Sequence record: OR352939.1
DNA length: 64,000 nt
Source of the DNA: Escherichia phage AV109
Reading direction: 5' to 3' (one strand)
Below are positions 30,801-39,106 of this stretch, piece after piece. The notes below the pieces were generated by a model. That model was not told where the DNA came from. It saw only the letters and a list, made by a program, of their open reading frames with translations, and did no database searches. The stretch's first letter is position 1. Each line of letters begins with the position of its first letter. Both the position numbers and the translations under genes were made by a program.

Positions 30801-31666
30801 GTAGTTTTTATATTCTGTTTACAGATAAAAATGCCACCGATGGCGCAGCAACTGTTAATGGTGATTGGAATAGTAAACGTCCTTTCGCAATTAACTTAAC
30901 AACCGGCGAAGTGATAATGAATAATGGCATAGCTGTTCGCAGCGCTGCTTTATTCTATAATAGCATAAACGTCAAAGATAATGGTTCTATTAACTTTGAT
31001 AAGTCCGGTGCGAACCCAAGAAACATGCGTATATTCCACGCAGGTGATGGTACGCGAGGAAACCGCCTTGAAATTTCTGATGAAACTAACTATATTGCTT
31101 ACTTCCAAAAATTACCTGGTGGTCAAAACCAAGTTTCATTCAATAGTGCTACACTTTCTGGATTAACACAGTGCAATCAATTTGGTGTTAACACAACAAA
31201 CGCACTTGGTGGAAATAGTATAACGTTTGGTGATAATGACACCGGTATTAAGCAAAATGGCGATGGATTATTAGACATATATGCGAACAACGTGCAAGTG
31301 TTCCGTTTCCAAAACGGCGATTTGTACTCATATAAAAATATAAATGCTCCAAACGTTTATATTCGTTCTGATATTCGTTTAAAATCCAACTTTAAGCCTA
31401 TCGAAAATGCACTTGATAAAGTTGAAAAACTTAACGGTGTCATTTACGATAAAGCTGAATACATCGGTGGAGAGGCAATTGAAACTGAAGCGGGTATTGT
31501 GGCTCAAACGTTACAAGACGTTTTACCAGAAGCTGTCCGTGAAACAGAAGATAGCAAGGGTAATAAAATACTCACTGTTTCTTCTCAAGCCCAGATTGCT
31601 CTTCTGGTTGAAGCTGTGAAAACACTTTCTTCTCGTGTAAAAGAACTTGAATCTAAACTTATGTAA
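27893..31666 (+). CDS. 37: long tail fibre distal subunit gp37 with C-terminal intramolecular chaperone-like domain
   Basis: 1257 aa; N-terminal ~620 aa match remembered T4 gp37; C-terminus carries SDIRLK motif typical of self-cleaving chaperone domains (T2-type). Confidence 0.9.
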   Translation: MATLKQIQFKRSKVAGVNPTAAQLAEGELAINLKDRTLFTKDDLGNIISLGFAKGGDINGNVTQTGDYLQNGTYNLNGNQFVYAGKYIEFLPKTTGNGAWANQHSNKAPIFTDLSSTTSVSEYHPLIKQRYKDGTFSAGTLVNEGSFKFHYIDETGTSKYWTFNRNGNFQVDSGSLLVSNGYLVTQSNIETKAGSLIGPKVITKNINVSTKSWDTNIDTAYDLVSLPTWHYTPTETDLDTNGINYLRKFRGHVSSAIFHEVADARSGKPQNISYWTGRNAEVYQWSYTTDGRMSVANSIGIGLADVGDQGRYPLVSFGKGIAIGDNDTGIKWVRDGVIDLIANGVSTGTINSTGVNSTKKLTVGYSRDSGSTWDYPNTNQAMFSARTEVDGNNNGDGQTHIGYSSNAKMYHYFRGAGRMAISMGEGLIVEPGILDIKTGSNSLNLRADGTIASVQTLKLNNGLYFNGDGTNASLIFKAASGIDGTKQILWEGGTRAGQNKSYVTVKAWGNSFNATGDKARETVFEVSDGQGYYFYSQRVAPTGSETTGPVVTQFNGQVNARGSLITDGSLRVNGLSTLVGNVTMNNGLFVQGGSSITGQVKIGGTADALRIWNAEYGAIFRRSEDKLYIIPTPQNAGESGGISNLRPFYIALSNGKVSMDHDVDIGGGRFKVEAAGTTAGQRITVNMASDAIRINAPTQESSNFIQGRKADVPKWYLGIGDGGNVVRMHSYTYSHGIALNSDSVDITKPLKVGNAQLGTDGNITGGSGNFANLNTALNRKVNSGFVTYGATAGWYKFATVTMPQSTSTVSFTVTGGKGFNTGLFTQCAITEIVLRTGNDHPIGLNAVMYTRTAAGFTDIAVVNTSGNTYDVYVESGTYANQLAYTWHAVDNATVKVIGAFGPTQDPVDSLPVDYVKGQVANMLNNLVDTGKVKRYEADSEIAINNPTGIRIRSNYDKTGSVATMLRNDGGSFYILFTDKNATDGAATVNGDWNSKRPFAINLTTGEVIMNNGIAVRSAALFYNSINVKDNGSINFDKSGANPRNMRIFHAGDGTRGNRLEISDETNYIAYFQKLPGGQNQVSFNSATLSGLTQCNQFGVNTTNALGGNSITFGDNDTGIKQNGDGLLDIYANNVQVFRFQNGDLYSYKNINAPNVYIRSDIRLKSNFKPIENALDKVEKLNGVIYDKAEYIGGEAIETEAGIVAQTLQDVLPEAVRETEDSKGNKILTVSSQAQIALLVEAVKTLSSRVKELESKLM

Positions 31667-31667
31667 A

Positions 31668-31685
31668 AGAGGGCTTCGGCCCTCT
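31668..31685 (+). other. stable hairpin AGAGGGC-UUCG-GCCCUCU between genes 37 and 38
   Basis: 7-bp stem with C(UUCG)G loop immediately after gp37 stop and before gp38 SD. Confidence 0.5.
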
Positions 31686-31696
31686 AAGGATTTTTA

Positions 31697-32488
31697 ATGG
31701 CAATTGTAGGTGTTCCTGGCTGGATTGGCGAATCTGCCGTAAATGAAACTGGACAACGTTGGATGGATGCTGCAATGAAAGCAGTTCGTGTTTCAGTTCC
31801 TGGTTGGATGAGTTCAATGGCTGGGCAATCTAAAGAGATTCATTATAGCATTGGTGCTAGCAATTCTTACAATAAAGACACACTAATAAACTGGATAAAA
31901 GCCCAAGGAAGCACTCCTGTTGTTATTACTATTACAGGAAATATTGTTTCTCAATCTACCGGTGTTCCATGCTTAGATTTTCCTAGCTCATTAACTAATG
32001 CATATGTTACCTTAAATATTAATAGTGGGGTTCATGTATTAGGTCGGGGAGGAAATGGCGGAAGTAACTCTGCTGGCGGAGCAGGAGGAACTGCAATAAA
32101 TAACGGAATTGGAACTCGTTTAAGAATAAACAATAATGGTATTATTGGTGGCGGCGGAGGTGGCGGCGCTGGTGCTAGATACCATCCTTTCCCTCAAATG
32201 GATATGATATTTGGTGGCGGCGGAGGTCGTCCATTTGGCGCAGCTGGCGCAGCAGGAGGTGGCGCAGCGGCAGCATCCGCTGGTACAATTTCTGCTCCTG
32301 GTAAAGGTACTGTTTCTGGGGTTCACTATGGAGGAAATGGTGGAGATTTGGGAGCTGCTGGCAAATCTTCATATATTCAAGGTGGTACTGGAGGAACTGT
32401 TCACTCGGGTGGTGCAGCAGGTAAAGCTGTTACTGGTAATGCTCCAACTTGGACTAAAGTTGGTACAATATACGGTTCAAGAGTATAA
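31697..32488 (+). CDS. 38: gp38 tail-fibre tip adhesin (T2-type, glycine-rich motifs flanking variable segments)
   Basis: 263 aa; conserved N-terminus MAIVGVPGWIGESAVNETGQRWMDAAM, poly-Gly tracts (GGGGGGGAGA, GGGGG), C-terminal NAPTWTKVGTIYGSRV. Confidence 0.85.
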   Translation: MAIVGVPGWIGESAVNETGQRWMDAAMKAVRVSVPGWMSSMAGQSKEIHYSIGASNSYNKDTLINWIKAQGSTPVVITITGNIVSQSTGVPCLDFPSSLTNAYVTLNINSGVHVLGRGGNGGSNSAGGAGGTAINNGIGTRLRINNNGIIGGGGGGGAGARYHPFPQMDMIFGGGGGRPFGAAGAAGGGAAAASAGTISAPGKGTVSGVHYGGNGGDLGAAGKSSYIQGGTGGTVHSGGAAGKAVTGNAPTWTKVGTIYGSRV

Positions 32489-32519
32489 TTTTGAATAAAT
32501 ATCCTTAAAAGGAGGTATT

Positions 32520-33179
32520 ATGGCAACACCAAAAGTGGCATTTTCACCTAGTGATATTCTATTTGGGTTGCTAGATCGTATTTTCAAAGATAACGCTACT
32601 GGAAAGGTTTTAATGTCCCGAGTAGCGGTAATTATTCTTTTGTTCCTAATGGCACTAATATGGTACAAAGGAAGTATTTTGCTGGATTATTATGTAAGAG
32701 CTAAGTATGATACTTATACTGAAATAATCCAAAAAGAACGAGCTTTACGTTTTGAATCTGCGGCTCTAGAACAACTGCAAATAGTTCATATCTCATCTGG
32801 TGCAGATTTTAGTGCTGTGTATTCTTTCAGACCTAAAAACTTAAATTATTTTGTCGACCTTATAGCTTATGAAGGCAAACTACCTAGCACAATTTCTGAA
32901 AAGTCCCTTGGCGGATTCCCGGTGGATAAAACGGCCAATGAATATATAATTCATTTAAGTGGCCGTCATTTCTCATCTAAATCAGAATTTGCATTTTTGC
33001 CTACAAAATCTAAGACTGCCGAACTTTCTTATATGTATAGTTGTCCATACTTTAATTTGGATAACATCTATGCTGGAACTGTGACGATGTATTGGTATAA
33101 GGGGAGTAATATACTTGAGGAAGATCGCTTAGCGGCTATATGCAACCAAGCGATCCGAATACTAGGAAGGGCTAAATAA
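32520..33179 (+). CDS. t: holin T
   Basis: 219 aa near-identical to remembered T4 holin (SFSPSDILFG, one TM segment, large periplasmic domain). Confidence 0.92.
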   Translation: MATPKVAFSPSDILFGLLDRIFKDNATGKVLMSRVAVIILLFLMALIWYKGSILLDYYVRAKYDTYTEIIQKERALRFESAALEQLQIVHISSGADFSAVYSFRPKNLNYFVDLIAYEGKLPSTISEKSLGGFPVDKTANEYIIHLSGRHFSSKSEFAFLPTKSKTAELSYMYSCPYFNLDNIYAGTVTMYWYKGSNILEEDRLAAICNQAIRILGRAK

Positions 33180-33452
33180 TTAGTTGTTAGAATACATCGC
33201 TAAATGACGATAAATATTTTCAAAACCTTCATTGAATTCACTAATCAGTGTTTTCTTTTCTTCGGCAGTTAAATTTGTAATTAGTTTTCTGAACGAATTC
33301 TGATTTAACTGCCGACCATCTTTTTTAATTCCAATCTCATTCAAGAATCCGATGAAACTTGCTCGGTCTTCAACAATATCTTCCCTAGAGAATTTAATCA
33401 AAATAGAAGCAATAGTAATAATTTCACGTACGATTTCAATGTCTTTATTCAT
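33180..33452 (-). CDS. asiA: AsiA anti-sigma70 factor
   Basis: 90 aa near-identical to remembered T4 AsiA. Confidence 0.92.
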   Translation of the reverse strand: MNKDIEIVREIITIASILIKFSREDIVEDRASFIGFLNEIGIKKDGRQLNQNSFRKLITNLTAEEKKTLISEFNEGFENIYRHLAMYSNN

Positions 33453-33498
33453 AACGTTTTATTCATTCCACTTAGTTGATATGGATATAGTACCATTA

Positions 33499-33714
33499 TC
33501 AGTGTTGATTGTAAACGGCTTTTTCTACGCTTTTAACGTAATTGGTGTAGTCTTCCTGTTCGTACGAGTGTAAGGCCAAGAACGGAACTAATAGTTCATT
33601 ATAGACTAAAGCCTCACGCTCACGTTCGGCCTCTACTACGTTCTGAAGATTATGACTCATATTGTTCCTTATAACTATCAATATAGTCCTGTATGTCGAA
33701 GAACGATATTTCAT
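33499..33714 (-). CDS. hypothetical protein (71 aa; alternative start at 33660 gives 53 aa)
   Basis: ORF between asiA and upstream array. Confidence 0.35.
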   Translation of the reverse strand: MKYRSSTYRTILIVIRNNMSHNLQNVVEAEREREALVYNELLVPFLALHSYEQEDYTNYVKSVEKAVYNQH

Positions 33715-34036
33715 ATTCTAGGGCATTAAGAGCCTGTTCTTCGGTGTAGTCAGAACCAAATACAATAGTGATTTCACCTGGTTTAGAATGACTGAAATCA
33801 ACACTAAACTCAATTCTAGAGCAGACTTCATCTTCCATATCTATGATAACACTACGATACACTTCTCGGTTAACCTGATAAAGCTCTGCAAGTTCTTCAC
33901 AACGAATAACAAGTTCAGTGGCAGGATTTTCTTTGATTTTAGTAAGCATAGTCTTTACCCTTATGTTTTTGTTTACGTTTAGATTGAAGTTCTGATTTCT
34001 TTTTGTCCTTATGGACGGAAGCCTTATTGAAATCAT
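33650..34036 (-). CDS. hypothetical protein (128 aa; start uncertain)
   Basis: ORF; ATGA overlap with upstream stop at 34033-34036. Confidence 0.4.
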   Translation of the reverse strand: MISIRLPSIRTKRNQNFNLNVNKNIRVKTMLTKIKENPATELVIRCEELAELYQVNREVYRSVIIDMEDEVCSRIEFSVDFSHSKPGEITIVFGSDYTEEQALNALEYEISFFDIQDYIDSYKEQYES

Positions 34037-34251
34037 GTTTTGCTACAAGATTGTTCATAATGCTTTATAACCTCGTTTAAACATTTATCGGTAAAAGAAA
34101 ACTTTTTAGCCACAGAACATTCGATAATGTGCTCTTTCAAATCTTTAGAGTCGGTATATCCCATCTCAGTAATAAAGTGGCGAATTAAAGCTTTATTCTT
34201 ATCATTAACAGAATTAAAATAATCTGCTTTAGAATCAATTATTCTCATCAT
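34033..34251 (-). CDS. hypothetical protein (72 aa)
   Basis: ORF. Confidence 0.4.
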   Translation of the reverse strand: MMRIIDSKADYFNSVNDKNKALIRHFITEMGYTDSKDLKEHIIECSVAKKFSFTDKCLNEVIKHYEQSCSKT

Positions 34252-34516
34252 CTAATTTCCTTAATTGATATTGCAACGAGCTAATAATTTCTTCGTTCAT
34301 TTTAATATACATGTCACGCAAGAAAGGTTTTAACCCATCACGAATAATTGCTAACGTATCACCTTTACATAAATTAACCAAATAAGGATGGTCTAAAGCG
34401 TCCCAACCAGGCTGATTAGCATACATACCATAGTTTTCTTCCATCATATGATTAAGACGTTTGATATCTTGGATACGTGATTCAATAGCATCTTTCTGGA
34501 GTTGTTTAATATTCAT
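34235..34516 (-). CDS. hypothetical protein (93 aa)
   Basis: ORF in motA-asiA interval. Confidence 0.4.
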   Translation of the reverse strand: MNIKQLQKDAIESRIQDIKRLNHMMEENYGMYANQPGWDALDHPYLVNLCKGDTLAIIRDGLKPFLRDMYIKMNEEIISSLQYQLRKLDDENN

Positions 34517-34977
34517 TAATAAAGGTCCTCTGAATAAAGTTCTTTCTCACTTCCACCACGTTCAATACGTACCTGTCCAGCATACGTTGCAATAATCATT
34601 GCTTCTTCACGCGTCCAGTAATTAGAGTATTGGTCAATAAAGCCTTGGTCGTCACCACAAACTTGTTGCGAGACTAATTGAGGACCAACTATATCAAGTA
34701 CTTCAGCCATATCTTTAGAGTAATGACGAACTCCAGGAATAACTAGAGTTCCACCACTCTTCAATTTAAACCTATTAGCCGCACATACTATAACACGTTG
34801 AACTTTTTGGTCATTATTCCAATAGCACGTTTGCCAACAGATTTCAGGAACTTCATTCATTATATCATCAGCAGAATAATTATAACCGTAGGACTGGAAT
34901 TTTTCTGCTAGACTTTCAGGAGTCTCACGAGACAAGGCCAAATCTAATAGCTCTAAACGTTCTTTAAATGATTTCAT
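34516..34977 (-). CDS. hypothetical protein (153 aa)
   Basis: ORF. Confidence 0.45.
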   Translation of the reverse strand: MKSFKERLELLDLALSRETPESLAEKFQSYGYNYSADDIMNEVPEICWQTCYWNNDQKVQRVIVCAANRFKLKSGGTLVIPGVRHYSKDMAEVLDIVGPQLVSQQVCGDDQGFIDQYSNYWTREEAMIIATYAGQVRIERGGSEKELYSEDLY

Positions 34978-35303
34978 TTAAACCATTCCTTAATACGTTG
35001 CCAAATAGATTTTTGTGCTTGTTTATTTACACCAATCGAACGAATAATCGGTTGTGACTGCTGATATTCTTTATAATCTTCTTTATAGATTTCGTAAGCG
35101 GCATCAACAAATGAACTGATCGCTGCCATGTAGTTTTTACGAAGGCCAAATGGAGCGTCATTATTTTCACGAATAACCGTATATTGGCCTGCTTTAATCT
35201 TTACAATTGTCCCTAAATAAGCCCCGTGGTACCAAATATCCCATCCTTCCTGAGTAGGTTCTGCACATTTACGAAGTTCGTTAATAATATTCAGCTTATT
35301 CAT
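34974..35303 (-). CDS. hypothetical protein (109 aa)
   Basis: ORF directly downstream of motA. Confidence 0.45.
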   Translation of the reverse strand: MNKLNIINELRKCAEPTQEGWDIWYHGAYLGTIVKIKAGQYTVIRENNDAPFGLRKNYMAAISSFVDAAYEIYKEDYKEYQQSQPIIRSIGVNKQAQKSIWQRIKEWFK

Positions 35304-35313
35304 TATGTATTCC

Positions 35314-35946
35314 TCACAGTACGTTAGTTACAAGGGTAATGATTTCTTTGGACACATTAGGGAAGTCAATGTAAGTATATTTACCACCGATCTTAATCTT
35401 AACATCATTTTCAAGAGAAGTAAACAGCTTTGATTCAGTTTCTGACATGTTGTATGCAAAGATTCTAAGAGAACCATCTCGACGAATTTCGATCTGACGA
35501 ATACCTAGAACTCGTTTTGCAAATCGAACTTCCAAGTTACTACGGTTTTCACCGATTTCTTTAACTTCAACTTTATCTTTAATATTTTCAAAAACAAAGT
35601 TTGCTAGTTCATGCATTTCAGGAGTAACTCCACGTGCTTTTCTGGTGTTACGTTTCTGAAGAAGTTCTGGAGCATTTTCTTGAGCAAATAGGTCTGCAGC
35701 TTTTTGGATAATATCCATTGCTTCGCCTGTTGCTATAAGTCCATCACCAGATTTTTCGACTAAACCTTTCTTAATCAATACACCAATGTTAGAGTTAACA
35801 ACCGATGCATTGTATTCTGCCTCCAGAGCTTCACGGACATTGGCAGCAGTGGTGAAGTTGTTCTTAATGATATAAACCATTATTGCAGCAGTTTTTTCAT
35901 TCAGAGCGTTTTCAGAAGCTTTGATGATGTAAGTAACTTTAGACAT
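35314..35946 (-). CDS. motA: MotA middle-transcription activator
   Basis: 210 aa near-identical to remembered T4 MotA N-terminus. Confidence 0.9.
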   Translation of the reverse strand: MSKVTYIIKASENALNEKTAAIMVYIIKNNFTTAANVREALEAEYNASVVNSNIGVLIKKGLVEKSGDGLIATGEAMDIIQKAADLFAQENAPELLQKRNTRKARGVTPEMHELANFVFENIKDKVEVKEIGENRSNLEVRFAKRVLGIRQIEIRRDGSLRIFAYNMSETESKLFTSLENDVKIKIGGKYTYIDFPNVSKEIITLVTNVL

Positions 35947-35985
35947 TTTATTTCTCCAATTTGGTTGTTTTGTTTTGATAGGTCT

Positions 35986-36014
35986 ATAATATCATGTTTG
36001 AAGCATATGTAAAC
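35986..36014 (-). promoter_or_regulatory. T4-type early promoter (GTTTAC / TATTAT) for motA
   Basis: minus-strand GTTTAC 36014-36009, TATTAT 35991-35986, AGACCTATCAAAA leader. Confidence 0.5.
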
Positions 36015-36039
36015 TGTTTTGTGAGAAAAATGCACAAAA

Positions 36040-36055
36040 GGGAGCCGAAGCTCCC
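36040..36055 (-). terminator. intrinsic terminator hairpin GGGAGC-UUCG-GCUCCC + UUUUGUGCAUUUUU
   Basis: 6-bp GC stem with C(UUCG)G loop and U-tract, ~75 nt downstream of gene 52 stop. Confidence 0.65.
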
Positions 36056-36131
36056 TAATCATGTTTGTCCAACCAATACAGCCAAATCACTAGTGCAGCT
36101 ATTGCGCCGAGAAATCCTAAGGCTATGGCAC

Positions 36132-37457
36132 TCAAAGTGCCTCCAAGTCTTTAGTGTACTCTGTCACAACATCAGTAGACTTCCAATACTCATTTTCTTC
36201 TTTCTTAGCTTTAGCTTCTTCTGCTAGTTTACGTGCTTCATCGGAAGTGATATGGAAGATGTTAAGACCTACCAGTTTATCGACATGTTCTTTATACATT
36301 TCGATTTGTGCGAGCTCTTCAGTCAAAGCTTTACGAGTCTTGCCCTGAATCACAATTTCGCCGTTGATAACTTTTTTGATGAAGTGTGCCTTAGCAAAAG
36401 CCAGTTTAAATGCTTTTTCAGATTCAAGGATTTTGTTGTCAATACGTTTCTGAACGTAAGTCTTACGGACTTCAACAAAATCTTTGATTAAGTCCACTAC
36501 GTTATCGTAGACAGCTAATTTACCCTTTTCATTAATCACTGTGATGTTTTGTGAACGACGTTCGATGAGACTAAAATCTTTCATGATTTTTTCATGACGT
36601 AGCTCTTCATCATCAGGAAGCGAGTACTCTTTACGGAACTTCACCTTAAACCCAAAGCCGTGTTCACCGCAATCATCTTCCCATGAGATTAGACCTTTGT
36701 CTTCCAACGGGTCAAGAACCTTACTCACATACGTTTCACGGTCGAATTTATATGGGATTTCAGTTATCTGCATTTGAGTGCGAGATGTGAACTTATATGT
36801 TCCGTGAATCTCATAACGCCCATCAACTTCATGTACTTCACCACGGAATTCCGGGAATTCAACTTTTGGCTTAGTGACATTTTTACCTTGAAGAGCTTGT
36901 AATACAGCCTTTTTGACTGATTTAAAACTATGAGGCAGAATATTTGTTGCGTAACCGGTTGCAATACCAGAGACACCATTCAAAAGAACTGTCGGAATAA
37001 TAGGAAGATAGAATTTTGGTGGAATGTGTTCTTTATCTTCATGAGCTGGAGCATATTCAGTATCTTTATATACGTTATAGAAATTTTTACTTACACGAGC
37101 AAAAATATAACGAGATGCTGCAGCTTTTTGGACTGTTCGAGAACCAAAGTTGCCTTGACCATCTAACAGTGGATAGTTGTTGTTCCATGTGTTAGCCATC
37201 AATGCACCTGCATCTTGTGCAGAAGATTCACCATGGTGATAACCTAAATCGGCAACACCACCCGCAATTGACGCAAGTTTATGAAATTTTTCTTTATTAC
37301 CACGAGCCAAATCTAACGCACGATGGACCACAAAACGTTGAACCGGCTTAAATCCATCAATCATGTTTGGGATTGCACGGTTTTCAACGGTGTACATCGC
37401 ATATGCTAAGGCTTCGTTATCAATAATACTTTTTAGATTACGAGAATTCAATTGCAT
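36132..37457 (-). CDS. 52: DNA topoisomerase II medium subunit gp52 (GyrA-like breakage-reunion domain)
   Basis: 441 aa; matches remembered T4 gp52. Confidence 0.92.
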   Translation of the reverse strand: MQLNSRNLKSIIDNEALAYAMYTVENRAIPNMIDGFKPVQRFVVHRALDLARGNKEKFHKLASIAGGVADLGYHHGESSAQDAGALMANTWNNNYPLLDGQGNFGSRTVQKAAASRYIFARVSKNFYNVYKDTEYAPAHEDKEHIPPKFYLPIIPTVLLNGVSGIATGYATNILPHSFKSVKKAVLQALQGKNVTKPKVEFPEFRGEVHEVDGRYEIHGTYKFTSRTQMQITEIPYKFDRETYVSKVLDPLEDKGLISWEDDCGEHGFGFKVKFRKEYSLPDDEELRHEKIMKDFSLIERRSQNITVINEKGKLAVYDNVVDLIKDFVEVRKTYVQKRIDNKILESEKAFKLAFAKAHFIKKVINGEIVIQGKTRKALTEELAQIEMYKEHVDKLVGLNIFHITSDEARKLAEEAKAKKEENEYWKSTDVVTEYTKDLEAL

Positions 37458-37461
37458 ATTT

Positions 37462-37602
37462 TCACCATATTAATGAACGAATAACCATTATAACATCTGA
37501 AATGAAAAGCACTACTTGGATTAGTCCAAACGTCACACCGTAGTACAGAACCGTAAGCAACAACAAGAGCCCGAAGGCTCCTGCTAAGATTTTCTTAATC
37601 AT
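37462..37602 (-). CDS. small hydrophobic protein (46 aa), not in ORF track
   Basis: hand translation MIKKILAGAFGLLLLLTVLYYGVTFGLIQVVLFISDVIMVIRSLIW; TAATG overlap with upstream ORF. Confidence 0.35.
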   Translation of the reverse strand: MIKKILAGAFGLLLLLTVLYYGVTFGLIQVVLFISDVIMVIRSLIW

Positions 37603-37748
37603 TACTCGCCTTTTAACACGTTAAGAAGAGCTAAGACCGCTAAGGTACCTTGTGATACGGCCTGTTGAAATACTGTTGTTTCGCCTGTAACTAAAGTGTT
37701 AACGAATAAAAACGACCAACACAACAATGCAATAATCCATGCTACCAT
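37602..37748 (-). CDS. small hydrophobic protein (48 aa), not in ORF track; possibly Ac-like
   Basis: hand translation MVAWIIALLCWSFLFVNTLVTGETTVFQQAVSQGTLAVLALLNVLKGE preceded by GAGGTAATTAAA SD-like sequence. Confidence 0.35.
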   Translation of the reverse strand: MVAWIIALLCWSFLFVNTLVTGETTVFQQAVSQGTLAVLALLNVLKGE

Positions 37749-37800
37749 TTTAATTACCTCAAAAATAAATTAAAGGCCCAACTTAATAGGCCCGTATAAA

Positions 37801-38247
37801 TTAATAACTCTGCAGAATGAATTTAAAGTTATCAGCCAGAAGACGGTTCATTTCAGTGAGTGTTTGATATTCTGATGTATGGTTGCGAGTGAATGCCAGA
37901 GCCAATTGACCTTTACCGTAACCAGTGGTCAGTGGTTTCATGTTCTTAGCTGCAACAAAGATTACATCATATTCAATATTGTTAGTGCCCATGGTACGGG
38001 CTAGTTGCGAACGGCCTTGACGAATGTGAGAAAGAATTGCATCCAACCCTTGTTTAGAACGTTGACGTCCTACAAAGAATCGTGCTGCAACTTGACGCCA
38101 GTCGGATGAACCTTTAACAAAGAAGTAAAAACCTTCACGAGAACGAAACTCTTTAGAAACTTCAGAACCGTATTCACCATTACGAACTACTGCAACAACT
38201 TCACCGCCAACTGCCAGAAGGTCTTTACGAGTTAAATATTTGGACAT
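37801..38247 (-). CDS. ndd: Ndd nucleoid-disruption protein
   Basis: 148 aa; strongly matches remembered T4 Ndd ([70 protein letters not shown]). Confidence 0.85.
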   Translation of the reverse strand: MSKYLTRKDLLAVGGEVVAVVRNGEYGSEVSKEFRSREGFYFFVKGSSDWRQVAARFFVGRQRSKQGLDAILSHIRQGRSQLARTMGTNNIEYDVIFVAAKNMKPLTTGYGKGQLALAFTRNHTSEYQTLTEMNRLLADNFKFILQSY

Positions 38248-38291
38248 GCTAATTTCCTCAATTGATTAATGTTTTTGTAATCCATGAGAGC

Positions 38292-38321
38292 ATTATACTC
38301 TGCTCTCAAGAGTTTGTACAA
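38292..38321 (-). promoter_or_regulatory. T4-type early promoter (TTGTAC / TATAAT) for ndd; near-duplicate of 6803-6832
   Basis: minus-strand TTGTACAAACTCTTGAGAGCAGAGTATAATGCTC. Confidence 0.5.
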
Positions 38322-38323
38322 TT

Positions 38324-38524
38324 TTATTCGGCTATATCAGAACGTTCAAAAAGCTCTTCAACAGTTAAACATTCAGTGTCATCTTCAATAAAGAATCGAG
38401 TCCAACACGTTGGGGCGATACAGTTATGAGTTTGTCCGGCGATAGAAGCTACACGAATAAGCTGCTGACCATTATTCAGAACAAATTTTTCACCAATTTC
38501 AACATCTTTAAAAAGCTTAGCCAT
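38324..38524 (-). CDS. hypothetical protein (66 aa)
   Basis: ORF with early promoter upstream. Confidence 0.4.
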   Translation of the reverse strand: MAKLFKDVEIGEKFVLNNGQQLIRVASIAGQTHNCIAPTCWTRFFIEDDTECLTVEELFERSDIAE

Positions 38525-38552
38525 TTTGTGTTCCTCATGTTTCAGTAGGACT

Positions 38553-38582
38553 ACTATACCATAATCCTACCTTGTTGTAAAC
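38553..38582 (-). promoter_or_regulatory. T4-type early promoter (GTTTAC / TATAGT)
   Basis: minus-strand GTTTAC 38582-38577, TATAGT 38558-38553. Confidence 0.5.
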
Positions 38583-38774
38583 AATTAAATTACATTAAAA
38601 TATGTTAAAGCCAACCATGTTCCAGTGAACGAACATGCAATGTAAAAACCAGTATCACAAATTGTTTTTAGTACAATAAGAAGTGCATTTTTCATAAGTA
38701 CCTCAATGCAATTGAAAATATTATACAAATCATAGGGATACTAAGCAACCATATTCCGATCCACATTTTAGAGC

Positions 38775-39038
38775 TCATATCTCAACTTCCACGAGTTCCA
38801 TATATCCTTTGTTGATAACCTCTTTAAGGTCTTTAGAAAGAATAACACCAAAATGGTCGTTCATATGTCCATTAACTAAACGAGTTATTTCGGCTTCAGA
38901 TGACATATAAGGCACGTCTGAGTCCCAATGAGATAGTCCCAAATGGGTATAAATCATCCCTTCGTCATCTGCAGTGTTGTACATTGAAACAAATTCGCCT
39001 GTTACTTTATGTTTTGCGTAGAAAAATTTAAATTTCAT
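38775..39038 (-). CDS. hypothetical protein (87 aa)
   Basis: ORF with AGAGGA SD and early promoter upstream. Confidence 0.45.
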   Translation of the reverse strand: MKFKFFYAKHKVTGEFVSMYNTADDEGMIYTHLGLSHWDSDVPYMSSEAEITRLVNGHMNDHFGVILSKDLKEVINKGYMELVEVEI

Positions 39039-39064
39039 GATGTTATCCTCTTTTAGATAGGACT

Positions 39065-39094
39065 ACTATATCATAGTCCTACTTAGTTGTAAAC
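39065..39094 (-). promoter_or_regulatory. T4-type early promoter (GTTTAC / TATAGT)
   Basis: minus-strand GTTTAC 39094-39089, TATAGT 39070-39065. Confidence 0.5.
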
Positions 39095-39106
39095 ACTTTT
39101 ATGAAA

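Noticed and set aside
32148-32235. GGN-rich simple repeat that could be mistaken for a repeat array or CRISPR-like element
   Set aside because: It is in frame within gp38 and encodes the known poly-glycine motifs of the adhesin; no spacer-repeat periodicity.
36154-36491. Plus-strand ORFs (64 and 79 aa) and the plus ORF 35994-36227
   Set aside because: Antisense to gene 52 or spanning the motA promoter and terminator hairpin; no SD; shadow ORFs.
37567-37580. GAGCC-CGAA-GGCTC palindrome resembling the UUCG terminator hairpins
   Set aside because: It lies inside the coding sequence of the 46-aa hydrophobic ORF (encodes AGAFGL) and has no U-tract, so it is probably not a terminator.
37771-37796. 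AGGCCC...AGGCCC motif between ndd and the small hydrophobic ORFs
   Set aside because: It is a direct, not inverted, repeat; only a 4-bp GGCC self-complementary core, too weak to call a hairpin or terminator.
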